A program made the position numbers and the translations under genes. From a virus, in IMG/VR virus record IMGVR_UViG_3300050014_000916, positions 5,028 to 69,027 of that record: a stretch of DNA of 64,000 nucleotides. One strand, given 5' to 3'. This document shows, piece after piece, positions 1 through 8,381 of this stretch; within the stretch, counting starts at the first letter, position 1, and each line of letters begins with the position of its first letter. The notes beneath the pieces were generated by a model that was given only the letters and a program-made list of their open reading frames with translations, was not told the DNA's origin and did no database searches.

Positions 1-284
1 ATGAATTTTGTTTTTCGTCTACAATTATTACAATGTTCAGGTCTACCGATTCTAATTTTTTTCGTAGTAATAAATGGTTCATTACATTTTTTACATACAT
101 AATTATATTCCAATTTAATACTATTGGGTAAATTTTTTAATTTTAAACTAACTTTTTCATTAATATCATTACGATTTATTTTTGTAGAATATGCTCTGGC
201 ACATTTTTTTGAGCAAAAATCACCATTAGTATATTTACTATATTTAATGGCTTCATTAGTATTACAATTTTTACAGATTTTCAT
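1..284 (-). CDS. Zn-finger-containing putative homing endonuclease, N-terminal part (runs off window)
   Basis: Manual translation MKICKNCNTNEAIKYSKYTNGDFCSKKCARAYS..CKKC..CNNC; same Cys motifs as other endonucleases here; GTATTTATA motif upstream. Confidence 0.55.
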   Translation of the reverse strand, partial: MKICKNCNTNEAIKYSKYTNGDFCSKKCARAYSTKINRNDINEKVSLKLKNLPNSIKLEYNYVCKKCNEPFITTKKIRIGRPEHCNNCRRKTKF

Positions 285-331
285 ATTTAAGTATATTTAA
301 ATATAAATACGTTGAAAAATTGATTTGAACT

Positions 332-363
332 AAAAAGGACTGTAATTATTTTTACAGTCCCTT
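332..363 (-). terminator. Intrinsic terminator closing the Lys/Tyr tRNA operon
   Basis: Minus strand GGACTGTAA-AAATAA-TTACAGTCC followed by TTTTT. Confidence 0.75.
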
Positions 364-364
364 G

Positions 365-436
365 TGCATCCGACAGGATTTGAACCTGTGTAAGTCCGCT
401 TAAGAGGCGGGAACATAACCACTTTGTTACGGATGC
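365..436 (-). tRNA. tRNA-Lys(CUU)
   Basis: GCATCCG/CGGATGC acceptor, anticodon loop CTCTTAA, T-loop TTCAAAT. Confidence 0.9.
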
Positions 437-442
437 ATGTTG

Positions 443-511
443 TGGGGGTAGTAGGCATCGAACCTACTATGTGGGCTTTTACAGAGCTGGTGTCTCCAAA
501 GACTTACCCCC
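443..511 (-). tRNA. Atypical short tRNA-Tyr(GUA)-like RNA
   Basis: GGGGGTA/TACCCCC acceptor, 1-nt linker, D-arm GTCT-TTGG-AGAC, loop CTGTAAA, T-arm GTAGG-TTCGATG-CCTAC; no long variable arm. Confidence 0.7.
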
Positions 512-518
512 AAATTTG

Positions 519-611
519 ACAGAAGGAAAGGATTCGAACCTTTCAAACCCAACACATACCGTTATTAACTGTAATTTATGCGTGGTAACGTTCCATTTTG
601 TTTACTTCTGT
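519..611 (-). ncRNA. tRNA-like RNA with enlarged anticodon arm and no readable anticodon
   Basis: CAGAAG/CTTCTG acceptor-like stem, T-arm AAAGG-TTCGAAT-CCTTT, ACGCATA/TATGTGT stem around an 18-nt loop. Confidence 0.5.
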
Positions 612-614
612 TTG

Positions 615-700
615 TGATCGCAGTGGGACTCGAACCCACAACGGCATAAAGCACCCTTCTCATTAAAAGTGAGAAGCTCCACCAATTGAGCTATACGATC
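615..700 (-). tRNA. tRNA-Lys(UUU) with long variable arm
   Basis: Anticodon arm TCTCA-CTTTTAA-TGAGA, ~18-nt variable region, T-loop TTCGAGT; 86 nt. Confidence 0.85.
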
Positions 701-864
701 AACAATAATATTAGTTTCAAAGAACTTGTACTCATTTTTTATAGAACATCGTTTTTTAAACGTTTTTCACGGGTAATAAACGTTTTTCATAAAATATGTC
801 TTTTTATACCTATTTTTCATAATCTAAGCGTTTTTATGCAACAATATGCGTTTTTATGCATAAC

Positions 865-893
865 AAAAAACCCGACTCTCAGGGAATCGGGTT
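865..893 (-). terminator. Attenuator terminator 1
   Basis: AACCCGATTC-CCTGA-GAGTCGGGTT then TTTT; lies between leader ORF and tRNAs. Confidence 0.85.
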
Positions 894-920
894 ACTAATA
901 TTTGTATTAAAAGGCAATCA

Positions 921-1013
921 TTAATTTTTACCTTTGGACACAGTATTCCCGATTCCTATAAACTGTTTTTTATAAGATTTTTTTCCGTAATAATATGTTC
1001 CAAAAGTTCTCAT
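921..1013 (-). CDS. Tyr/Lys-rich leader peptide MRTFGTYYYGKKSYKKQFIGIGNTVSKGKN
   Basis: Manual translation; contains GGAATCGGG (948-956), complementary to terminator 5' arm. Confidence 0.8.
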   Translation of the reverse strand: MRTFGTYYYGKKSYKKQFIGIGNTVSKGKN

Positions 1014-1052
1014 TGTTTTATTCTTTAACTATTTCATTAATATTTCAGATCA

Positions 1053-1084
1053 CAAATGTATAGTATAAATACGACATATGCAAA
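1053..1084 (-). promoter_or_regulatory. Bacteroidota sigma70-type promoter for leader 1
   Basis: TACATTTG (-7 box, 1053-1060) and TTTG (-33 box) 20 nt upstream. Confidence 0.65.
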
Positions 1085-1101
1085 TAAAATTGTAATTATT
1101 T

Positions 1102-1554
1102 TTATTTATCATAGCCAAATGTTCTCTTGGGATTACTCCAAAACTTCGCAGCTAATTGACTATGAGGAACATCGGGACGTAATTTTTCTTTTGTTAATTC
1201 TTCAATCCATTTATACATATTGCTTGCAATACCCAATCTTCTCTTATCTGGTCTTACATCTACACTTGCTTTTAATATGTCTGTTTCTTTTGCTTTACCA
1301 TATGATGCATTTCCAACCTCAGTTCCATCAGTATTATCGAATGCTTTTATCTCATTCCAAATAAACCAATCATCACCATATGTGCTAACAAAATTAACAT
1401 ATGTTATACCATTAATGGTTTTTTTATCTTGATAATCATTATAGTCGTTTAATTTTTTAGCATCATTTTTAATATAATCAATTCCAACGTCTTCATATGT
1501 TTCATGAAGTATTTTATGTACTTCTTCCTTGATTATATTAATAATGTTTTTCAT
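1102..1554 (-). CDS. GNAT-fold acetyltransferase-like protein with N-terminal IIKEE leader
   Basis: VDVRPDKRRLGIASNMY acetyl-CoA motif A; AAKFW. Confidence 0.65.
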   Translation of the reverse strand: MKNIINIIKEEVHKILHETYEDVGIDYIKNDAKKLNDYNDYQDKKTINGITYVNFVSTYGDDWFIWNEIKAFDNTDGTEVGNASYGKAKETDILKASVDVRPDKRRLGIASNMYKWIEELTKEKLRPDVPHSQLAAKFWSNPKRTFGYDK

Positions 1555-1571
1555 GTCAATAAATTCTACTA

Positions 1572-2069
1572 TTAATTTTCAATATTGTATTCATAATAGT
1601 TCATTAATTCATTTTCGTTATTAAAATATCGGATATTATCGTTATCAGGAGTATAATTTACCATTTCACGACCTCTAATCATTAAACCATCATATCCCAA
1701 TTTAATCATTTCATCCCTAACATTTGTTTTTGTGTCAAAATCTCTTTTCGCAGCAAAATAATCATCGATACCATTTTTTTTACCATATTGCATTACTACT
1801 GTTTGTATAAAAATTTCTGCATCATTCCAAGTATTAACAATTTTGGGATGTTTTGGTATAGCACCGACAACGAAATATACTTTACCATATTTTCTTGCCA
1901 ATTCTTTATTACTTAATGCTGCTGTGTACAAACCCTGACCAAAAGAAGCCATTCCATTATTTTCTTTACCCATTTCTTGAATGCCTCTAATGGTTACGTT
2001 TTGTCGTTTCCACTTTAAGTAATTGACGTGATTATATTCTTCTTTTATTATGTTGATAATATCTTGCAT
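1572..2069 (-). CDS. ADP-ribosyltransferase-fold-like protein with N-terminal IIKEE leader
   Basis: TIRG..FGQGLYTA..ARKYGKVY..GYDGL..EMV pattern typical of phage ART-like domains. Confidence 0.5.
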   Translation of the reverse strand: MQDIINIIKEEYNHVNYLKWKRQNVTIRGIQEMGKENNGMASFGQGLYTAALSNKELARKYGKVYFVVGAIPKHPKIVNTWNDAEIFIQTVVMQYGKKNGIDDYFAAKRDFDTKTNVRDEMIKLGYDGLMIRGREMVNYTPDNDNIRYFNNENELMNYYEYNIEN

Positions 2070-2083
2070 ATCAATAAATACTG

Positions 2084-2911
2084 TTATTTATTTTCCTCAA
2101 CTAATTGAATTACCCAGAAGTCTGCTGCTGCACTTGGTGTAGTGATGTACCAATAAGGAAGATAAAAATATCCTTTTATTCCCCAACTTGTACCCCAACT
2201 ATTTTTTACAATAAGACATTGTTTACTATCATCGTAACCAACTGCTTTAATTGCATGACCACCAATTGGCTTTTCAGTTGCTGTGGGAACAGTTGCCATA
2301 CCTGAGTTAGCAACAGCATCTGTCATGAATGATTCATAGAGTGTAATACCAAAACTTACTACATAGCCATCTGCGAGTGCTTCTTTTACTCCTTGTAATG
2401 TATGATCGGCTATTCTCAGATATTTAATAACCTGATTTTTCATAGCTTCTCTATAACAACGTCTGCATGGTTTTGTTTTAAAATTATTTGTGTCGTATTG
2501 CCACATATCTTCAGGACATACGCCCAAATCAACCATACTCTTGATACCGTCTCTGATCATTGCGCCAGCGTCTTCATTAACTGTACCTTCCATTACTCTT
2601 TCATTATAATAAATAAAAAGTCTTGAGGGCATAAAACCTTTCATACCTTGTTTCATTTGTTCAAACTGAAAAGCAGAACCCAGAGCATTTGCGGTACAAC
2701 TACCAAGATCAAGCTGGTCATATACTGGTGGACATTTTGGTCTAAGGTCTACAAGTGGTGGTAATACTCTTGGTGCTTCGGGAGCACTTACTTTGTATTT
2801 TAAGTCACGTGGGTCATGTAGATCACGCTTCCAACCAAATTTTCTCTCAGAAGATTCTGTTACTTTCGGTGCTTTTTTAAAGCGTCTTAAAAATAGATTT
2901 AGTATATTCAT
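2084..2911 (-). CDS. Papain-like C1A cysteine protease
   Basis: YDQLDLGSCTANA, GGHAIKAVGY, KNSWG catalytic motifs. Confidence 0.92.
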   Translation of the reverse strand: MNILNLFLRRFKKAPKVTESSERKFGWKRDLHDPRDLKYKVSAPEAPRVLPPLVDLRPKCPPVYDQLDLGSCTANALGSAFQFEQMKQGMKGFMPSRLFIYYNERVMEGTVNEDAGAMIRDGIKSMVDLGVCPEDMWQYDTNNFKTKPCRRCYREAMKNQVIKYLRIADHTLQGVKEALADGYVVSFGITLYESFMTDAVANSGMATVPTATEKPIGGHAIKAVGYDDSKQCLIVKNSWGTSWGIKGYFYLPYWYITTPSAAADFWVIQLVEENK

Positions 2912-2943
2912 AGTAAATTCGTTTACCATAAATACAAAAATAA

Positions 2944-2967
2944 AGCGGAATATTGCTATTCCGCTTC
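2944..2967. terminator. Hairpin terminator after ligase C-fragment
   Basis: AAGCGGAAT-ATTGCT-ATTCCGCTT inverted repeat. Confidence 0.6.
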
Positions 2968-2974
2968 ATGATAT

Positions 2975-3613
2975 TTACACACTATATTCGTAACCGTCTC
3001 GGAACGGCTTACTGTACACTGGTCTTACCTGTTTCCAGATAATCTCATCGTATGGTCGTTTGTCATACAATTTAAACAGTATTGCTCGGTGTTCTGATTT
3101 TCCTGCTTCCATTGCAAAACTTTTACGATCAACAATTTCATTTACATGGTAGATTCTCACAAATTCCAACAATGCCAGTCTTTCGATTTCATTGTAATCG
3201 GTTCTGATGATCTTTATTGTTCTTTTCAGCCAATTGTAAAATTCATCAGGAACTCTGTCATACAGTGCATCGAAATCGTAATTAAACATCAAGTGCTCCC
3301 AAACAACTAAGTTTGAAACATTTGTAAGTATTACGTGTAATCTGCAATACTCTTCGAATTTCATTTTCATTCTTAAACCACTTGCAAACCTTATTACGAA
3401 TCCTTCTTTATTGTCTTCACCCTTCATTATAGTTTCTCGTAATTCGCCAAATGACTTCAATTCGAATTTCTTTACGACAGCAAATTGTTTTGAATATGCG
3501 TCTTTTACTGTATCGTAAGGTATTTCTTCTCCTGATGTGGTGTTAATAACTGCAAGCAACACTAAATCATACATATCGCCATAATCGACTACAATTCTAT
3601 TTTTCCCACCCAT
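2975..3613 (-). CDS. T4 Rnl1-like RNA ligase, C-terminal fragment
   Basis: MGGKNRIVVDYG..LVLLAV..EGFVIRF..MKMKFEEY (nucleotidyltransferase motifs IIIa, IV, V). Confidence 0.8.
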   Translation of the reverse strand: MGGKNRIVVDYGDMYDLVLLAVINTTSGEEIPYDTVKDAYSKQFAVVKKFELKSFGELRETIMKGEDNKEGFVIRFASGLRMKMKFEEYCRLHVILTNVSNLVVWEHLMFNYDFDALYDRVPDEFYNWLKRTIKIIRTDYNEIERLALLEFVRIYHVNEIVDRKSFAMEAGKSEHRAILFKLYDKRPYDEIIWKQVRPVYSKPFRDGYEYSV

Positions 3614-3617
3614 ATTA

Positions 3618-4328
3618 TTATTTTTTAAATTTACAATTTTCAAAATGCCATCTATTCATTAATCCTTCGCCTCCTATCTTGCCACAATGTGGACAAGTAA
3701 TTTTTTTTCTTGGTATTCCCTTAGTTTTACTTGGTATTCCAGATTTTGCTTCACTTATGTTTTTTTTTGTTGCTTCTGTTTTATTTTTACCCGGATTGTT
3801 TTTCAGAAAATAATCTCGTCTTGCTTCTTTAAAATTATCGGTATGTGATTTACCAAACATTGGATTATTTTCACCTAACACCTTTAATCTTTGGGATTCC
3901 TTAAATTCATTAGTTCTTTTTTTACCAGTATTTTTTGATATTATTTTATCTGTTATTTGCTTTGCTTTTTCCGCACCATATATTTCAATTCTCGTTTTTC
4001 CAAAAAAATGACTTCTTATTTTGTCTCTCACATCAATAGATGGGTTGTTTAATCCATCACCACCATCAGTCAAATTAACCAATAAACCAAGACCTAAATC
4101 ACGTCTGCCAAATTTTTTAATATATTCAATTTCCTTTAAACATGCGTTTTTCCAAGTTAAGTTATCTTCAAGTATTTCAATAGAATAGTTTGTTTTATTT
4201 ACGATGTGTTTCCAAAACAAATTTCTGCTTTTTCTTTGATATGCCCTATTATGATTTTTATCATCACCAATACCAATATAAAAAATTTCATTAGTATCAT
4301 TTCTTCTGTGTTCATATACATATGCCAT
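3618..4328 (-). CDS. Homing endonuclease (GIY-YIG-like N-terminus, NUMOD3 repeats) inserted in RNA ligase gene
   Basis: YVYEH..FYIGIG..RA..E..LVNLTDGGDG; NPMFGKSHT; C-terminal CPHCGK. Confidence 0.8.
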   Translation of the reverse strand: MAYVYEHRRNDTNEIFYIGIGDDKNHNRAYQRKSRNLFWKHIVNKTNYSIEILEDNLTWKNACLKEIEYIKKFGRRDLGLGLLVNLTDGGDGLNNPSIDVRDKIRSHFFGKTRIEIYGAEKAKQITDKIISKNTGKKRTNEFKESQRLKVLGENNPMFGKSHTDNFKEARRDYFLKNNPGKNKTEATKKNISEAKSGIPSKTKGIPRKKITCPHCGKIGGEGLMNRWHFENCKFKK

Positions 4329-4376
4329 AATTATTCTTTAATATAAATACTTGGCATAATGAAAAACAATTCGATT

Positions 4377-5852
4377 TCAATAAATTATTTCAAACAGGTA
4401 AGTACATTCTTTGTTCAGTTTTTCATAATCTGTGATATTCAGCATCTTCTGTGCTTCAAGTGCTTGCTCAGATATGAATGAACCTCTTGATGCTACAAGC
4501 CATTTCATTCTTGGTTTGTAGTAGAATAAAATAATAAGTGAACCATCCATTTTTTCAAATACGTCAAATGCTTCTGACCAGTCAATTGTAGCTGGGTCAA
4601 ATTCTTCGTAGTTCTTGAACTTTTCAAATGGACGTGCTATGATGTTACCTTCAGCATCAATTACCAGACCACGACAAGATAAAGTATACTCGTCCCAGAA
4701 CTTCTTTGATTGAACTTTTGGGGAATAGTTAAGTATCCAGAGGTCATATTCTGGGTGCTTGTTTGCAATGATTAGGCTGTTATCAACATACTCTTGCAAT
4801 ATTTTCCAATCGATTTTTTCTAATGCTTTCATTTCATAAATAAATAAATAAATAGGTTCATACTTAAACTTCGTGTTTTTATCTCGTAAATTTACATTTG
4901 AAAGTGCGAGATAAAACTTCTTTGCCAATCTGAAACCTGTTTGTGCTGCAACCTGAATCGTTTTGTCTTCCAAATTAATATTGTGTTTGCCTTTTACATC
5001 GGCAATGTTTATTATCATCAAACCATCTGACTTCAAGCCATAATAACAATTTTCAAATGTCGGTCTCAGGAATCCCTCAACCCATGCTTCCTTTGTATTG
5101 AACTTCACATAACTCTGCGAAGGTTCATCTGCATATTTTTCCAAATCAAAGTATGGCGGTGAAGTAAAACATAAATCCAGCATTCCTTTTTCTGGCTGAT
5201 AACATTCACTTCCACATTTAAAAATATCATACAACATATCACCAGCAAAATCTTCTGCCATATCATGCAGTCCATTAAATGTTAATTCTGAAGGTTCGGT
5301 TGCAATATATTCTTTTACTCCACCAGCAATTGCACCAAGCAATCTGCCACCCCAACCACCTGACATGTCCCAAACTACGCCATCCTTTGCAAATGTATTA
5401 TAAATGCAAGCTGCTGCTGTTGGTCGGAAATTTGATACGCCTTGAACTCCTGTGTAAATCTTCAACATTTTTCTTATACCAGAGTCACTAATATACGTGC
5501 CCATCTGCAACCTTTTCCTTATGACCTTCATGAAAATTTCATCATTCATAAATGCTTCATATGGTGTCATTTTATCATTCGACTTAACATTGAATGAATG
5601 AGGAAAATATGACCACGCAAGTCCTAATCCATGCATTGATTGTTTTATTACATCGTTTTCAAACATCGTACTACGATCATATTTCATCAACTTCTCAAAA
5701 TCCTTTCTTCTGGTTTCCATATCTGTTGGATAATAAGGAAAACCCGTTTCTCTATAATGAATAAAAATCTTTGTTGCGAAGTTTTCCAATTCCATTGGCA
5801 GCATGTCTCGCCAATAATTTTCATTTATATTTAAACTTTCTTTATTTTTCAT
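4377..5852 (-). CDS. DNA amino-methyltransferase fused in frame to N-terminal half of RNA ligase (ligase ATG at 4832)
   Basis: DMSGGWGGRLLG and TSPPYF motifs, then CRGL..ARPFEKFKN..EKMDGS..SRGSF..FEIIY-stop. Confidence 0.8.
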   Translation of the reverse strand: MKNKESLNINENYWRDMLPMELENFATKIFIHYRETGFPYYPTDMETRRKDFEKLMKYDRSTMFENDVIKQSMHGLGLAWSYFPHSFNVKSNDKMTPYEAFMNDEIFMKVIRKRLQMGTYISDSGIRKMLKIYTGVQGVSNFRPTAAACIYNTFAKDGVVWDMSGGWGGRLLGAIAGGVKEYIATEPSELTFNGLHDMAEDFAGDMLYDIFKCGSECYQPEKGMLDLCFTSPPYFDLEKYADEPSQSYVKFNTKEAWVEGFLRPTFENCYYGLKSDGLMIINIADVKGKHNINLEDKTIQVAAQTGFRLAKKFYLALSNVNLRDKNTKFKYEPIYLFIYEMKALEKIDWKILQEYVDNSLIIANKHPEYDLWILNYSPKVQSKKFWDEYTLSCRGLVIDAEGNIIARPFEKFKNYEEFDPATIDWSEAFDVFEKMDGSLIILFYYKPRMKWLVASRGSFISEQALEAQKMLNITDYEKLNKECTYLFEIIY

Positions 5853-6367
5853 TTCGTAGCGTATATTATGCCATGTTTTAATTCTGCGTTTGGAAAAACT
5901 TCCTTTACTATCTCCAGATATTCCTTCTGGGTTTTATAATGTTGATAAGTGCCCGATTTAGTCAATCCTGAGACTTTTGCGGGGTTCATATATGTTGAGC
6001 GAACAAACACATATCCACCATCTTTAAGTGCGGATTTTGCCAGATAAAGTACCGACAATTGTGTCAGGCGTGCTTCAATAACATTTAGTACATTAAAGAC
6101 AGTTGCAGTATCAACACTTATTTCCGAAATCCTATTAACAACCTTTAAATTATGTACCATGCTTCTGTTATACGGGTCATAGACCAAATTTGTTACACTT
6201 TTTGCCAATAATCTTTCGGTCATCAGGTCATATTTACCACCACCAATGTCCAAATTAACACTATTTGGTTGCCAACCGAAGTACTTATCAACAATTCCAA
6301 ACCCAGCAGGTACTTGCTTTATGCTTGTTTTTGCTGATCGGTCTTTAAGGATTTCCTTACTATTCAT
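5849..6367 (-). CDS. SAM-dependent methyltransferase
   Basis: LDIGGGKYD, YDPY, NVLNVI motifs. Confidence 0.7.
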   Translation of the reverse strand: MNSKEILKDRSAKTSIKQVPAGFGIVDKYFGWQPNSVNLDIGGGKYDLMTERLLAKSVTNLVYDPYNRSMVHNLKVVNRISEISVDTATVFNVLNVIEARLTQLSVLYLAKSALKDGGYVFVRSTYMNPAKVSGLTKSGTYQHYKTQKEYLEIVKEVFPNAELKHGIIYATK

Positions 6368-6442
6368 ATTATTGTATTAGTTTGCAAATATATAAAAGTA
6401 TTTTAAACTATCATAGAGTATTTATAGAAAATCGAGAATTTA

Positions 6443-6871
6443 ATGAAAATATCCAGCATAATTAATGAAGAAGTAACCAACATGGTCAATGAAGTAACTC
6501 ACATTGAGGATGATAGACTTAAATTCATACAAGATGCCACTGCAAACTTTGCAAATTACGAATCATTCTCTAAGGACTTTGATGTAAATGTTGAATCCGT
6601 ACTACTGAGAATTCATTGGGGAGTTAACTTCTGGGTTAATAAAAGTGGCATTGCAAATTTTAATGTTGAGATTGAAGGAGTTGAAGGACAGTACGCAGTG
6701 CAAATGCTTAACAGACAAACAGATCAGGTTGAACAGGAAGTACAAAAAAACATTGCTGATATTGATTGGAACTTTCAAGTAGGTGATATTACAATCGCAT
6801 ATGGTGGTCATCTTTATGTTAGTGATATGGATTTCGATTTTAAAACAAATACATGTAAGGTTTCATTTTAA
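6443..6871 (+). CDS. Hypothetical protein, IINEE N-terminal leader (probably virion)
   Basis: ORF with GTATTTATA motif upstream. Confidence 0.55.
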   Translation: MKISSIINEEVTNMVNEVTHIEDDRLKFIQDATANFANYESFSKDFDVNVESVLLRIHWGVNFWVNKSGIANFNVEIEGVEGQYAVQMLNRQTDQVEQEVQKNIADIDWNFQVGDITIAYGGHLYVSDMDFDFKTNTCKVSF

Positions 6872-6900
6872 AAATAATATTAATTTAAAAATAAATAATT

Positions 6901-7134
6901 ATGAAAAATCTTTGGACAAAACTTATTACTTGGTTAACAACCGTTGCAGTACCCGCACTTAAAACATGGTTTGCAAAGAACTGGATGATCGTAGCAAACT
7001 ACGTCATTATATTCGCTGCATATTCAATTATATACGGCAAACAAGGTGTTGTTGGCGCAGAAGTATTGTTAGGACTTTGGTTATTTGCATCCGCAGCAAT
7101 TGGTGGATACAAATGGTTTACCAAAAAGAAATAA
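6901..7134 (+). CDS. Small two-TM membrane protein (holin-like)
   Basis: Two hydrophobic segments, basic C-terminus. Confidence 0.45.
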   Translation: MKNLWTKLITWLTTVAVPALKTWFAKNWMIVANYVIIFAAYSIIYGKQGVVGAEVLLGLWLFASAAIGGYKWFTKKK

Positions 7135-7149
7135 CATATTGGAAATTCA

Positions 7150-7174
7150 GAACCCGCTTAATAGCGGGTTTTTT
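7150..7174 (+). terminator. Intrinsic terminator
   Basis: AACCCGCT-TAAT-AGCGGGTT + T tract. Confidence 0.75.
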
Positions 7175-7175
7175 G

Positions 7176-7195
7176 TTGCGACTACCAGAATCGAA
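7176..7195. repeat. 20-bp copy of the tRNA-CAU 3' end (identical to 7938-7957)
   Basis: TTGCGACTACCAGAATCGAA at both positions. Confidence 0.9.
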
Positions 7196-7230
7196 ATTTA
7201 ATTTTGATGTATTTATATCAAAATTAAATT

Positions 7231-7932
7231 ATGAAAATAAATTTTACTGAAACAGATTTTAGTGCAGCAACATCTACGACACTATTACCATGTATATGTT
7301 ATAATTGTAATAATATATTTTACGTATCAAAAAAAAGTATAAAATTCGAACAATTAAATAATAGGGGTAGATTAAAGTTTTGTTCGCCAAAATGTTTACA
7401 TAAATATATTACAACTGAGCAAGAATTAATTTGTAGTAATTGTGGTGTTTCTTTTAAAAAACAAATTGGAAGAATTAATAAATCTGGAAATAATTTTTGC
7501 TCAAGATCGTGTAGTGTAACTTACAATAATTGTCATAAAACTAAAGGTATTCGTAGATCAAAACTTGAAATATATCTTGAGATTGAACTAACTAAATTAT
7601 ATCCAGACCTTGAAATATTATTTAATAATAAAACAACAATTAATTCAGAATTGGATATTTACATTCCTTCACTTAATCTTGCTTTTGAATTAAATGGTAT
7701 TTTTCATTATGAACCAATACATGGTCAAAACAAATTAAACCAAATTCAGAATAATGATGATCGTAAATTTCAGGCATGTTGGGAAAGAAAAATCGAGTTT
7801 TGTATTATAGATACATCACATCAAATATATTTCAAAGAAAATACGTCTATAAAATATTTAAAAATTATTGAATCTTTAGTTGACAAAAAATTGTCATGCA
7901 ATAATCACCACGTGCAGGTAATTCAATATTAA
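7231..7932 (+). CDS. Zn-finger + PD-(D/E)xK (Vsr/DUF559-like) homing endonuclease
   Basis: CxxC..FCSxxC repeats; ELDIYIPSLNLAFELNGIFHY. Confidence 0.75.
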   Translation: MKINFTETDFSAATSTTLLPCICYNCNNIFYVSKKSIKFEQLNNRGRLKFCSPKCLHKYITTEQELICSNCGVSFKKQIGRINKSGNNFCSRSCSVTYNNCHKTKGIRRSKLEIYLEIELTKLYPDLEILFNNKTTINSELDIYIPSLNLAFELNGIFHYEPIHGQNKLNQIQNNDDRKFQACWERKIEFCIIDTSHQIYFKENTSIKYLKIIESLVDKKLSCNNHHVQVIQY

Positions 7933-7937
7933 TTATC

Positions 7938-8009
7938 TTGCGACTACCAGAATCGAACTGGTATCTACTCCTTATGAGAGAGGCGTTCTAACCATTATAC
8001 CAAGTCGCA
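7938..8009 (-). tRNA. tRNA-CAU (Met or Ile2)
   Basis: TGCGACT/AGTCGCA acceptor, loop CTCATAA, T-loop TTCGATT. Confidence 0.85.
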
Positions 8010-8018
8010 GGGTACGCA

Positions 8019-8309
8019 TCAAAAATTGATGCGAGTGTAAGGTAATTTTTTCCAACCCCATTCTTCAACAGTAATTTTGACACCTTTGTCCATCCACTGT
8101 TTGGGATTTTTTGTTGTGAGCTTCCATGATGGATATTTAACTCCACTATCGTCTGCATAACCACCGTAGCATTTTCTTGTGTCGTTTTCGCCACGATTGT
8201 ATCTGCAATAACAGCAACGTATTTTACCTGAATGTTCGAGATAAAATTTGTATGCACGATTAAATTCACCACGGTTTGTGGTAGTTTCACTAATTTCTTT
8301 ACCTTTCAT
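8019..8309 (-). CDS. Hypothetical basic Cys-containing protein
   Basis: 96 aa ORF, CCYC and SWK..QW motifs. Confidence 0.55.
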   Translation of the reverse strand: MKGKEISETTTNRGEFNRAYKFYLEHSGKIRCCYCRYNRGENDTRKCYGGYADDSGVKYPSWKLTTKNPKQWMDKGVKITVEEWGWKKLPYTRINF

Positions 8310-8381
8310 TTTTCTTGTTACGCATTAGAGCGTTACAAGAAATCATATAACCAAGGTCTTTTCATGTTTGTTTTATTGTTT

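Noticed and set aside
3614-4376. Group I intron in the RNA ligase gene
   Set aside because: Non-coding flanks are too short and no P/Q/R/S core is visible; the downstream half has its own ATG.
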